From Pristiophorus japonicus (taxonomy: Eukaryota), in NCBI RefSeq assembly GCF_044704955.1, contig NC_091989.1, positions 56,358,001 to 56,422,000 of the forward strand: a stretch of DNA of 64,000 nt, read 5' to 3'. The notes beneath the pieces are model-generated. The model saw only the letters and a program-made list of their open reading frames with translations. It was not told the origin of the DNA and searched no databases. Every line of letters begins with the position of its first letter. The stretch's first letter is position 1. The position numbers and the translations under genes are program-made. Shown one piece after another: positions 12,643 to 23,339 of this stretch.

Positions 12643-13979
12643 CATAGGAAGCTAAGATTTAAAAAAAACTGACGGTGATTGTCTTAAGTGAAGTGTGGAA
12701 GAGGAATAGAGCTGGCCAAAAAAAAAAGATTAATAGGAAAGAAGAGAGACTTTTGTGAACGTCTGTCTTAAATGAGAAGTGCCTGTGTGATTTTGTGACT
12801 GCGGAATGAATTTTTATGTTGTCATGTTTCTGAAAGCCTGGTTGGAAGAGGAATGCAAGTGTCTGTTTATTTTAGCTAACCCTTTGTAGTGTTGTCCTGT
12901 ATGTGGGAAGTTTTAAGACATTTTAAGTTAGAAACGCAGGTGTGGATTTATTCGGATGATTCGGATGATAAGTTACGGAGCTAGGAAATGTACAAAGGAT
13001 AGGTTTGTTGAGCAAAAGATAAAAAATACATGGTCCCGGTGGTTAAAAAAAAGAATTTACTTGTCGAAAGAAAACATGCAATGATTGATTGGGTTGAAAG
13101 ACATAAATTTAGTCTCGGAATGAGATAAGGAATGCTTTTAAAAAAAAAAAGAGCTTCTAGCAAAAAAAAAGGTTTTAAATAAAGATTGAAATTACAAAGT
13201 TTGAATTGGGATTTTGAGATATTCAGAGAAGGCACAGAAAATAAAGACGCCACTTTAAAAGTAAACAAAATGTGTTTGTGATGGAAAAGGACATAACTTA
13301 CTAAATACTAGTTGATGTTTGCTGTGAAAAAGATATTGGTTTAATTAGAAAAAGAAACAAAATTTGGAAGAGGTAAAAAAACACTTAACATTGATAATGA
13401 TTTTAAATTATGAGAAAGTTTCAATGCAGTTTGAAAAGATTTCCAAAATGGACAGTGTTTATCAAGAAAAGTCCCGAACAGTCTAAACAAGCAGGAGGGT
13501 TTTGAAGATCTAAGCTATGCGAACTCAGCACAGAGAAAAAAAAAAACTGGAAATTAGAGAATCTTACTGAATTCTTAAATTCTTATAGAAAATGGAACTG
13601 GCACAGAAGTTTAGATTTTGTGCTGAGAGAAATTAAAAAAAAACAAAATTGAATTTCAGTAAACAAAATTGCTATTAAAAATGTGTGGTCTCGTTTTATA
13701 TAAAAAAAAAATGTATTTGGCAAGTACTTGAATTAGAAGTTAAGAAAACATTGGAGTTTACTCTAAAATGCCGTCTTCCCTGATGAGAAGATTTTTATTA
13801 TTTATGCTGTTTAACGGATTCCTAATTTCTAAGCCAGTTTTGAAGGCACAAAGACTTTTTTTTACAGATGATTACGTGAAGTCACGTAATGACATCAGGT
13901 CTTCTTACAAACCTGGAAAGGAGTTAACCCTTTCCATTGACAGCCGTTTAAGCTGCTGAACATTATTAGTTTGGATTTC

Positions 13980-14210
13980 TTAATAGAAAAAAAACTCACC
14001 TAACAGAGGAAACAAAAATAAAAACAGAACTAGCTTATGTAATAATACTTGCCTGATACAATAAAGAAATAGATACTCAATAAAACAAATTGAAGAGTTA
14101 AAAGCTAAGATAAACAGGCTGGAAGAGATAACGGGACTAGACGGATAGTGCAGTGCGCAGCCATAGCACCATCACCTATGGCAATAGAGCCAATGTACCC
14201 CACGGTGGGT
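13980..14210 (+). pseudogene. Coiled-coil plus Pro-rich gag-like remnant of element B
   Basis: KQIEELKAKINRLEEITG heptads followed by APSPMAIEPMYP; interrupted by stops. Confidence 0.35.
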
Positions 14211-14253
14211 AGGTGTAGTCCACAAACCCAACCTAACGGTAAAGCAGACAACG

Positions 14254-14367
14254 ATGTTCGGAGGAATAGCTTTGGCCTTGGTCATTATAGGAGTTTGGGT
14301 AATATTTAAGTGGGTAAAGACACGGGCGCACGCCCCACAAATTCAACTCGAAATGGTTCGATTATAA
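14254..14367 (+). CDS. 37-aa single-pass membrane micro-ORF upstream of element B env
   Basis: MFGGIALALVIIGVWVIFKWVKTRAHAPQIQLEMVRL*; hydrophobic helix followed by basic residues; ends just before the acceptor TGCTTCTGATTTCGCAG (14388). Confidence 0.4.
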   Translation: MFGGIALALVIIGVWVIFKWVKTRAHAPQIQLEMVRL

Positions 14368-14473
14368 CCTGTGCTTCTGATTTCGCAGGGTGACAGGGAT
14401 ACTCGTAGCGCAAAACCTAACCCCTGGTGACGACCAGGCCGTCTGTTTAAAATTACAGATAATACCTACCAGA

Positions 14474-15396
14474 ATGGGAATACGAATGGCACTCCTCGTA
14501 ATATGGATAGCCCTGCGACATGCACGTACCCTGGACAACACCGACGGATTGCAGCGCACTCAGGAAATAAACAACTACATGAACTATGGAGTCTTGTTTA
14601 ATTTAACGGATGGAATGTGCATCCCAGCAGCCAAGGACTGGAGCAAGGACAGGACTTATTTTAATGCATAAGAGTATGTGTACAGTGCTCCACGGGTATA
14701 AGGAGCAGCTGCATTAAACAGAGGGATGTCAAGGGGCCTGATGAATGTACTTTCTGTACTTTCGGCATAATTTGCACGCCTCCGGGACAATCCCAGCAAT
14801 CAGTCATCCGCAAAAAGGGAGTGGGGCTGTGTGGGTATTACGAGGAGGTGGGGGCGGCTGCAATATCATTGTATGTATGCTTCTCACCCCCTCCGACACC
14901 GCACCCCATAAGAACCACAACATTGTCCGAGGAACTGCCTTGTCCCATAACTACTAAGGGACCAGAGAATGGGATTGTAATGTACAACGAAGGGGAATTA
15001 TTGTATGATAATGTTAAACATGAAATTGTGCCTGTCCTGATCAATATTTCAGGCATCCAGATGCCGGAATACTGTACGGAACAGTCAAGGAAAATGTACA
15101 ATGTATTAAGTAAAGTTGTAATGCAGCAGGCTGCCGATGCAATGGGTGCCAGTAGATTCCGAGGACAGGGGTCAGCCCTCAGGATAAAGAGGGAAATAGA
15201 CATACAAGGATTAAATGAGAAGGTGGAACAGCTTAGAGGGGTGATGAAAGGGTTATTAGAGAGGGTGGAGCAAAACCAGGAAGACCAGGCCAACTTAGGA
15301 AAGGAGGGTGCCAAAATCCAGTTGGATGACATCTCAGTCCTGGAAGCTCACGCCAAAACCATCAATCACCTCATACAGGAAAGCAAAGACAGGGGC
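14474..15396 (+). pseudogene. env: Element B envelope glycoprotein, lokiretrovirus/paramyxo-F-like, 3' truncated
   Basis: Signal peptide MGIRMALLVIWIAL; Pro/Thr linker; GPENGIVMYNEGELLYDNVKHEIVPVLINIS; furin-like RIKR; long heptad IDIQGLNEKVEQLRGVMKGLL; no CXXC motif in the part present. Confidence 0.62.
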
Positions 15397-15466
15397 AAAG
15401 GCCGCACTGGCGTTGTAACCGACTCTGAGTGTTGAGTGATTCTTCTGACAAACGCTAACACTAACA
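15397..15466 (+). repeat. 3' terminal remnant of the element B LTR
   Basis: AAAGGCCGCACTGGC..GACTCTGAGTGTTGAGTGATTCTTCTGACAAAC..CTAACA matches 11814-11883. Confidence 0.92.
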
Positions 15467-16517
15467 CGTTCACAGATAGCTCACCACTCGCCCAGGAGTT
15501 TGACCTGATCCCTGAAGGTATTTCTAAATTTAAAACTCTTTTTTTTTTTACTGAGCTAGAAGCTTTCGTGTCAAGGTTTTACACAAAGGAAAATGGGAGC
15601 GTTTTAAAAGGCATTCTTTATCTCATTCCTAGACTAAATTTATGTCTTTCAACCCAATTGCATGTTTTCTTTCGACAAGTAAGTGAGCGTGTCAAATAAA
15701 TTCTTTTTTTTTTTACTACCGGGACCATGTATTTTTTTATCTTTTACTCAACAAACCTATCCTTTGTGCATTTCCTAGCTCCGTAACTTATCATTCGAAT
15801 ATATCCACACCTTCGTTTCTAACTTAAAATGTAATACCATAAGGTTCAGTTTCTTAAACTTCCCACATACAGGACAACACTACGAAGGGTTAAAAAAACA
15901 TTCACTCTGTTTGGAAAAAGTGGATGGAGCTAAAACAGGCAGGCAACTCTACACCTTCCCAAACAGGCTTTCATTCATTCTGCAGTCAAAATCACTCAAG
16001 TACTCTCTTCATTCAAAATAGACACTCACAAAAGTCTCTCTTCATTCAACAAAGCTTATGTCTGGATCCATATGTCACTTAAGATAGTCACTATCAGCTT
16101 TTTTATGGCATTATGTAATTACCCAAGTTACAATTAATGATAGGAATTAATTAATGACCCGGGCAGCCCGCGTTTTACATTCCCTTCCTTACCTTACATG
16201 TTCGCCAGTCTTGGACGTTTCCCTTTGTTTCTGTAATACTCACGGCCACGACTACTCTGTGGAGACCCTTTGTCTTCGCAACAAAGCTAGCGTGTTTCCT
16301 TACCACCGGAGTTTTGGCTCTAGGTTGGAGTGATCAGTTCCCTTCCGCACCGACCTTATTTACTAAAGGGACAACTCAAACTGGTTAGTCAGCCTCTTCC
16401 CGCTATCTACTTACTTGTATCTTATACACTATCCCATCGTGCCCGTACACCTTTCTTTTCAGTCTCTAACACCAGATTCCAGATACTGTCTTAAGTGATC
16501 ACGTCTGATCGGACAGT

Positions 16518-16535
16518 ATCCTGTTCGTGACGCCA
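16518..16535 (-). promoter_or_regulatory. ERV-A primer binding site, tRNA-Ser(CGA)
   Basis: Plus-strand ATCCTGTTCGTGACGCCA, 3 nt inside the 5' LTR; the same 18-mer as the element B PBS. Confidence 0.88.
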
Positions 16536-16538
16536 TTT

Positions 16539-17078
16539 TGTTGTGGAAAAATATTTCCGAGACTGTATAATATATAAAGAGAGGTTTATTAAATCGGAGA
16601 CAAAGCTTTGGGAGAAGTGTTAGAGACCCCTATCTCTGAACCAGCTTCTCAATTTGGTATCTCCAGTGAGGTTCTTTTATCTTACAAATTACGTCACTTT
16701 ACATCACATGCTTTAGCAATATTCCTTAAGTCTAATCATCACATTACAAGGTTTACAAAGCTTTTCATACAATTACTATCCAAGGCTGAGCTCTTGATAT
16801 AAACCAGCCTCGCATTGTGACAGGGCATTATAAACAAGTGCAGGCTTTTTGGAACCGGTATAGACAAACATACCCCCACTTATCTCTCCAGTCGTTCATT
16901 ATCTCACTTTCCGATCTCCATAACTCAAGGCCAGCATACCTTGAAGTCTAACTGTGTTTTTTTATATAAAGCATAATGCATCAGTATTGTCCCTTACAAA
17001 ATTCATTAAAGGGGAAAATAAAAACAAATGTTTGGTCCCGTATACTAGTCAAGTATATGTCCAAAAATCCGCTCCACA
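16539..17078 (-). repeat. ERV-A 5' LTR (540 bp)
   Basis: Direct repeat of 5269-5809; flanked by the PBS and TSD CTAC. Confidence 0.95.
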
Positions 17079-17189
17079 CTACGTTCCTCTGGGACCACCA
17101 GGTACTTTCATAGATTTTTTTCGAGTCGTATGCAGGAAGCCTCTGACCACAATTTCTGGGCCCAGATAGAAATTTTAATGATCTAGAAA

Positions 17190-17300
17190 AGGAAACATAG
17201 GAACAGGAATAGGTCATTCAGCTCTTCAAGCCTGTTCCACCATACAATTCGATCATGGCTGATCTGTACCTCAACGCCATTTGCCCACTTTGTTCCATAT
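17190..17300 (-). mobile_element. CR1 3' end fragment
   Basis: CATAGGAACAGGAATAGGTCATTCAGCTCTTCAAGCCTG..GATCATGGCTGATCT is shared with the CR1 ends at 19.35 and 60.8 kb. Confidence 0.7.
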
Positions 17301-18559
17301 TAAATGCAAGTCTTTCTTTTTACAGAGAAAAATATTGTTCCACTTCTTTGTTAAAAGCGTAATTTCATCCCCGATATTATTTCCATTCTGTGTATTGAAA
17401 GAAGTAGCTTGCAAAGCAACAGGATCTGCTTTCTGCAACCTGATAGCATAGGAGTCAAGATGCTCATTTTGCAACCCACAAACCATAAGAGGTTTATGAC
17501 ACCTACATCCAGCAGCTGTACATGATGCCAGTAGTTGCAGCATCATGCGACAGCACAGTGTTGTTTGGCTATTTGAATCAACCTCCTGACAGATATCTGC
17601 AGTGCACAAAGACTAGAAATTATGGTGATGTTATTTCAAACTGGTAAAATAGCAGACAAAGGAAACACATACAAGTGCACAGAGTGTGAACCTGGTGTCA
17701 AGACGTGGTTCTGTGGGTTGAGGCTCGGGTCTGGTTTATTGGGGATATCGGATAGAAAGTTTTTTATATACCAATAGTGATCTGAACTGCAGTGTTGATT
17801 TTTTACTCTTGTTACTTCATCTTCAAGTTCCAACAATTCTTCATTCTCTTTGAAATATATATTAATATAAGTTGCTTTATAATCTACACTGTACTCACAC
17901 TAGCCTCCTTTTCTTTAGCCAAATACACGAAGCAAATTATCTGAAACACACAAATATTTATTTCATTATTAGTATGTTTTCTGTGTGTTTGGTATCAGCT
18001 GATAGATATGTTGATCCTGAAATTCCACGGGGCTACAACCAGATTCCTGTTTTATCTCCGGCTGGAGAGTGGCAGAAACACAAGACAAACAGTGTAAACA
18101 GCCAGTTTCCCCCAATATCCAGCCAGAGTTATGTCTGGTGGCATCCCTGCGGAATCTACAGGCCATTATATTTACTGAAACACTAACACAATTGTTGTGT
18201 ACACCACTATCGTTAGAGACTGAACATGTTTCATCGATAGTATTCCATCATTTTTTTGTATTAATAGCATTCCCTGACCAGTGGCACATTCATTACTGGG
18301 CTGCCCCATGGAACAGTAGAGTGTAGCACTGCATTTGTGATTCCCCATGTGTGGAGATTCCAATATCAGCTGGGGAAGGAGCTGAACAGGAGGAAAAACC
18401 AGAGTGAACCTGGGTCACTTTTGCACCCTTCCTGCTAGCTATTACAGAGATACATGCCAGATGGTGAAAGCATGGCTTGGATAAACAAACAAACAAAAAA
18501 TAATAAATAAATAGCTGCAATTCTCTAACCAAATTGCTTTTGAAATCCTGACATGAAGC

Positions 18560-18790
18560 AATTCATTCATTTGTAAATTTATTCGACTCTTTGTGCTCAA
18601 TTTTTACCTTTCAGTGCTTCATCTTTTTAAACTCTTTTCAAATAGTAGTAGTCTTGGTTGAAATAACGCAAATTACTTCCTCAGGCAAATTTGTCAATTT
18701 AGAAAAATCCACATATAACGTGGAAATGAGCAGCGTATTTCTTTTGACAGATCTGAAAGGTCTAATGCATCTTCTCCTTTCGGTATAATG
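18560..18790 (-). pseudogene. Possible hAT transposase dimerization-domain relic
   Basis: Minus-strand YVDFSKLTNLPEEVICVISTKTTTI*KEFKKMKH*KVKI resembles the hAT C-terminal 'STATxERSFSKMK' motif; heavily decayed. Confidence 0.3.
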
Positions 18791-19341
18791 AAGTCTTTGG
18801 GGAGCTTCAGAGAATGGAACTGATAAAAATCAATGCCAAAAATGCACTCAACATTCTGAAACTGCTGGCAAATGCTGCATTTTAGGAGGGTAATTGGCTC
18901 CCAAAGGTGAGTGCAGTACTTACACTTAAACGGAGATATAAAAGCTTTAATCAGTTTAATGCCTTGCTTCATTTGGCACTTTAGTCTACTTTGCACAGTG
19001 GGATCCCAGCTATCTCACTAACATTTTCCAAACTGTCTTGGCAACTACATTTATTTTATATGTTGAACTGAAATATTTCTTTAATTATGTTTATATGCTG
19101 AGGATTTTCATTTCCTGGTTAAATAAAATTGCTATTTAATAAGCACATAAATAGACTTAGAATCACTGATGTAGGGAAAGAAATCACAAGAATATATATA
19201 AAAAATTAGTGCATCTTCATCATACATGCAAAGTGGCAATCACGCAAAAAAATCCTCATCGCTTCAAATTTCCCTTAAACAGTCCTGATAGATTCCTGAA
19301 ACAATTGAGCCAATTGAAAAAAACACTTTTATCACTGATTT

Positions 19342-19850
19342 AAGAACATAAGAAATAGGAGCAGGAATAGGCCATTCGGCCCTTCAAGTCTGCTCCACCA
19401 TTTAATAAGATCATGGCTGATCTTTTACCTCAACTCTACCTTCCCACCCTATCCCCATACCTTGAGCCCCTTAGTATCAAAAAAGCTATCGATATCTGTC
19501 TTGAATATACTCAACAACTGAGCATCCACAGCTCTCTGAGGTAGAGAATTCCAAAGATTCACAACCCTTTGAGGGAAGAAATTTCTCCTCATCTTAGTCC
19601 GAAATGGCCGACCCCTTATTCTGAGACTGTGACCCCTAGTTCTAGAACTCCCCAGCCAGGGGAAACATCTTCCCAGCATCTACCCTGTCAAGCCCCTTAA
19701 GAATTTTATATGTTTCAATGAGAGCCCCTCGCATTCTTCTAAACTGTAAGGAATAACCCTAGTCTACTCAATCTCTCCTCATAGAACAATCCCCTCATCC
19801 CAGGAATCAGTCTAGTGACCTTTGTTGCACTCCCTCTCAGGCAAGTAGAT
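19342..19850 (-). mobile_element. CR1 LINE 3' fragment
   Basis: SRTRGHSLRIRGRPFRTKMRRNFFPQRVVNLWNSLP and CR1 3'UTR with TTCTTA-type tail. Confidence 0.88.
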
Positions 19851-20689
19851 CTTTTAGCACATCGTTCACATATTTTTTCCAAGTTCTTTCAGCAGCTATC
19901 TACTCTGCAAATAGAAATGATAACATAATAAGCACCTCAAATTTAAACAAATCTTAATCGTCATTAAATGTACTGTATCATCTTACAGATTCCTGCAACC
20001 ATTCCCCCTCTCCCGACAGGCCTTCTCCTTTGTCAGGGGCCTTGACTTTGCGTACTCATCTGTTCCAGGACCTTCAGATTTATGTACTCAAGCCTTCCTG
20101 CAATTGATTTCTCTCATCCATACATGCCTAAGGTTTCTACCCCACACTGCTTCTTTTGGGGCCTCTGAATGGCCTGCTGTCCATGCCCCTCACTACACGT
20201 TACCATATCTGTGAATGTCACCGGCACATCCCAAGAAGTGAAAGAGCCACCAGAATCCCAGCAGGCTGTCAACAACATTCTGAAACCAGCCAGCTCATTT
20301 ACTCCCTCCACCTGAATGTAAATGTAGGGTTTACCTGTATGTGTATTACACTGGACAACCCTGACCCATGATCTGAAAATTAATGCTGCATGATTGACTG
20401 ACAGATCTGAAAGTGATCATAATTCTGGACACAAAAAATGTCACCTTTGCATATTTACGTAATTAAATGGAATTGAGACTGATATTTTTGAAGGAAAATA
20501 ATAAAGATTGCTTTGTAGTTTGTTTTAAAAGTAAACAAAGCAAACTGTTGGGGTGTAACTTTCGAAGCAATCATACAAGCCAGATGCTCAAAATAGCATA
20601 AGATGTAACAAGCAGAATACCATTGTTGCTCATTTAGATTTAAAATCACCTCAATTATAATCTCAGAGTCAGATTGAATGTATACTAAA

Positions 20690-21195
20690 GTTAGTTATGT
20701 CCACCTGTTGTGTTCTGCCCCAGGGCAGGGCCAAACACAAGTCTCACATATGAAATTCTTGAGCTCTTACTAGGGAAGAGTAGCTGAGATGGTTTCCCAC
20801 TGCCTCTTCTCCTAGATGGGCTGAAATCAAGTGCAAAGAACCCCATATACCCCTTACGATGGAGTGTGAGGGGAGGGACACCTGCACTCAATGGATGCAA
20901 GTACACCTGCTGGATATCAATGGAGTATTCAGAGCTGGTGCTCCCATCTCCGCTTGCCAGGCTGTCTGGAGTGGAACCTGAACACAATCTTTTTAACTCA
21001 GAGGCGGGAATATTACCACTGAAATAGTGCACACTCCGTCCGAACTCAAGTACCCCACTGGATGTCAACCCAGTATTTAGGGACCATGTTCTAATCCCCA
21101 CTCAGCGGGACTGTCTGGAGCGGGGCCACGACCTGTCACCTTCTGACTCAGACGCAGGAATGCTGCTGCGAAGCCAAAGGCTGGCTCCAGTCAGT
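20690..21195 (-). mobile_element. Dimeric tRNA-derived SINE
   Basis: Two minus-strand tRNA-like heads (ATTCCTGCGTCTGAGTCAGAAGG..CTCCAGACAG and ATTCCCGCCTCTGAGTTAAAAAG..CTCCAGACAG). Confidence 0.5.
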
Positions 21196-21209
21196 TATGT
21201 AATAAATAA

Positions 21210-22052
21210 ACTTTATTTAACTTTAACTTCAACTTTATTAAAAAAAAACAAATGTAAACCATTCCTTTTCTAAGAAAGGAAGTTTCTATACAATTAATGG
21301 CCTTTTTTGGTGATACTATAAAAGTCTCCAAATAGCAGAAAAAGATTAAAGTCTCTTAAATGTGCATTTCTGTGCCTCCTGCCCTACTTTAAAAAAAAAT
21401 TCGTACAGTAATATTTTTCCTTAAAGTATACAATATATATTTATATATAAAGATGTATATATATATAAAGACTTGCAACAAAGGCAGTTGATATACCTTC
21501 AAGTTTGTAAAAGATGGTAACAGGTTCGGCACCCTCTTTATCCTCCAGCCTGCACGAGTTATAATTGGGACTTGAGTCTCTCCCTGACCCTGTATCCCTG
21601 GTTACTGCTTGATGAGCTGCCGTTAAATACTCCTTTTCCAGATTACAGCACTTGACTACCTGCTGAGCTGCTCGACAGAATCACTACTTTCGAGAGGAAA
21701 GAGAAGCATGAATGGTTTGTAATGGGGCTGTATTAAGTATAAAAGTCTGCTTCTTCTCCCTCCACATCAGAATTCTCACCAGACTTCTCTCTCAGAAAGC
21801 TCCACTCTTTTTTTGGGGGGCGGCGGGTGGGTTGCATTTTCTTGCTTTTGTATTGAACCACTCCCTGCTTTTCTAGAGTATATTTTCTGGTTGTGGTGCT
21901 TGCACTATAAACCGCTTCGTGCGTTTGGCTAAAATAGGAGCAGCTGACCCCCACCAAAGTGGAAGGAAGAAAAAGTGCCTGCAACTTTCCAAAAAGCAGC
22001 AGGCAAGGCTGCACGTGCTCAGAAAGTCAGACCTGCAGTGCGTGGTCCTGTT
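21210..22052 (-). other. Probable terminal exon (short coding end plus 3'UTR) of an unidentified host gene
   Basis: Acceptor TTCTTGTATTTGTTTTTGTACCCACAAG at 22053; reads (E)QDHALQV* with TGA at 22027-22029; repeat-free AU-rich downstream sequence; minus-strand AATAAA at ~21213 and 21234. Confidence 0.45.
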
Positions 22053-23339
22053 CTTGTGGGTACAAAAACAAATACAAGAAATCCAGAGGCTGGGGTTAGA
22101 GGAAAATCAATAGGAAACAGCAGAGCACAATATCAAACTACCGCAGAATTTTGAATTATAAATGTATATATTATTTATAATATATACATTAGAAAGTAAA
22201 TTCTCCAATCTCACTCTACTAGCAGGAAGCTCCATGAAAAGGGTATTTGGGTTGGAGGTAGTGCTCCAGCAATGTAACACTGCTGATTGTCTGACTCGCA
22301 GTCCCTTTGAGCAAATGTCCCCAGTAGGAGTGCAGGATTAGTGATTTTACCTTTACATTTAAAGTCACTGACAAGAATGGAGAACTTCAATGGCTGGGTC
22401 TGCTCCTATTGGAAGAGAGAGCAGAATATTCAATGTGAATATATGATAATGGTTCCCTTCTATGACAACTGCATCAATCAGGTCACATTAGAGCCTGTTG
22501 TCCAGCCAATTATAAAGTCAGCACATTGCGGGAAACAGATGGGAGCAACAATCTAAGGTCAAGACATAGGAGACTGGATTTTCCTTGTGGAATCTGTCCG
22601 GTTTCAGACAGTCTTGTTCAGATGTTCAATTGTTCAGAGGTTCACATCATCTGGCAATGCCTACTGCAAATCGCCACACCTAAAATAGGCTGCCAGCCTT
22701 TTCCACCTCATCGATATCAGCCACCCGCTCATCTCCTATCCCACCACATGTAAATAACAGAGGTTACAGGCCTCTGGAATACAGCCAAATTTTTTCCATT
22801 CCTGCCTCTACACCACCAATGGAGGTGAAGGCCAAGAGAAAGGAGATGGTGGGGGGACTGTGGCAGCTGGAGCCATGGGAATTAACTCTCCTTCTCCCCA
22901 ACCCTCCCAGCATCAGGTCATTATCGCATAGCTGTTTGTGGGACCTTGCTGTCCGGAAATTGGTTCACTGCCAGGCATTTCTGGTGCTGACTATGTCAGC
23001 GTATGTGGGTTACTTGTAGTGGTATGCTCGCTTACCCTCCCGACCTGCGGTGGTGTCCTCTCGCCTATGATGATGATGATGTGGGTTAGGAGACGTTTCC
23101 ATCATTAAATGTCATTCGGCATCCACACCACTATGGGTGCATCTTGGGAAACTACCAATTGGAGGAGGCCCACGATGTTGCAGGACCCGCACTCCAGCTC
23201 TGTTATCCTCCCGACCTGCGATGGTGTCCTCTCGCAGGTCGGGGTGACCCACGATGTTGCATGGCCCGTGAGCCGTTCCAGGTGTGCGACGACTTTGAGG
23301 TGGGTGACTGGGTGATGTCATCAAGGCCCAGGTCACCGT

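Larger units (their letters stand above)
11322..15466 (+). mobile_element. Element B: pol-less LTR element nested antisense in ERV-A gag, carrying an F-like env
   Basis: LTR 11322-11883, PBS 11885-11902, leader homologous to the ERV-A leader, glycoprotein remnant 14474-15396, last 70 bp of LTR repeated at 15397-15466; no PR/RT/IN motifs seen. Confidence 0.88.
5269..17078 (-). mobile_element. ERV-A provirus (loki/spuma-like pol, gamma-type env), interrupted by element B
   Basis: Near-identical LTRs 5269-5809 and 16539-17078 with TG...CA ends; 4-bp TSD CTAC (5265-5268 and 17079-17082); PBS, PPT and gag-pol-env order on the minus strand. Confidence 0.95.

Noticed and set aside
17271-17850. Minus-strand ORFs (ENEELLELEDEV..., MCTADICQEV...) as host exons
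   Set aside because: Weak acceptor, no recognisable domain and no consistent exon chain
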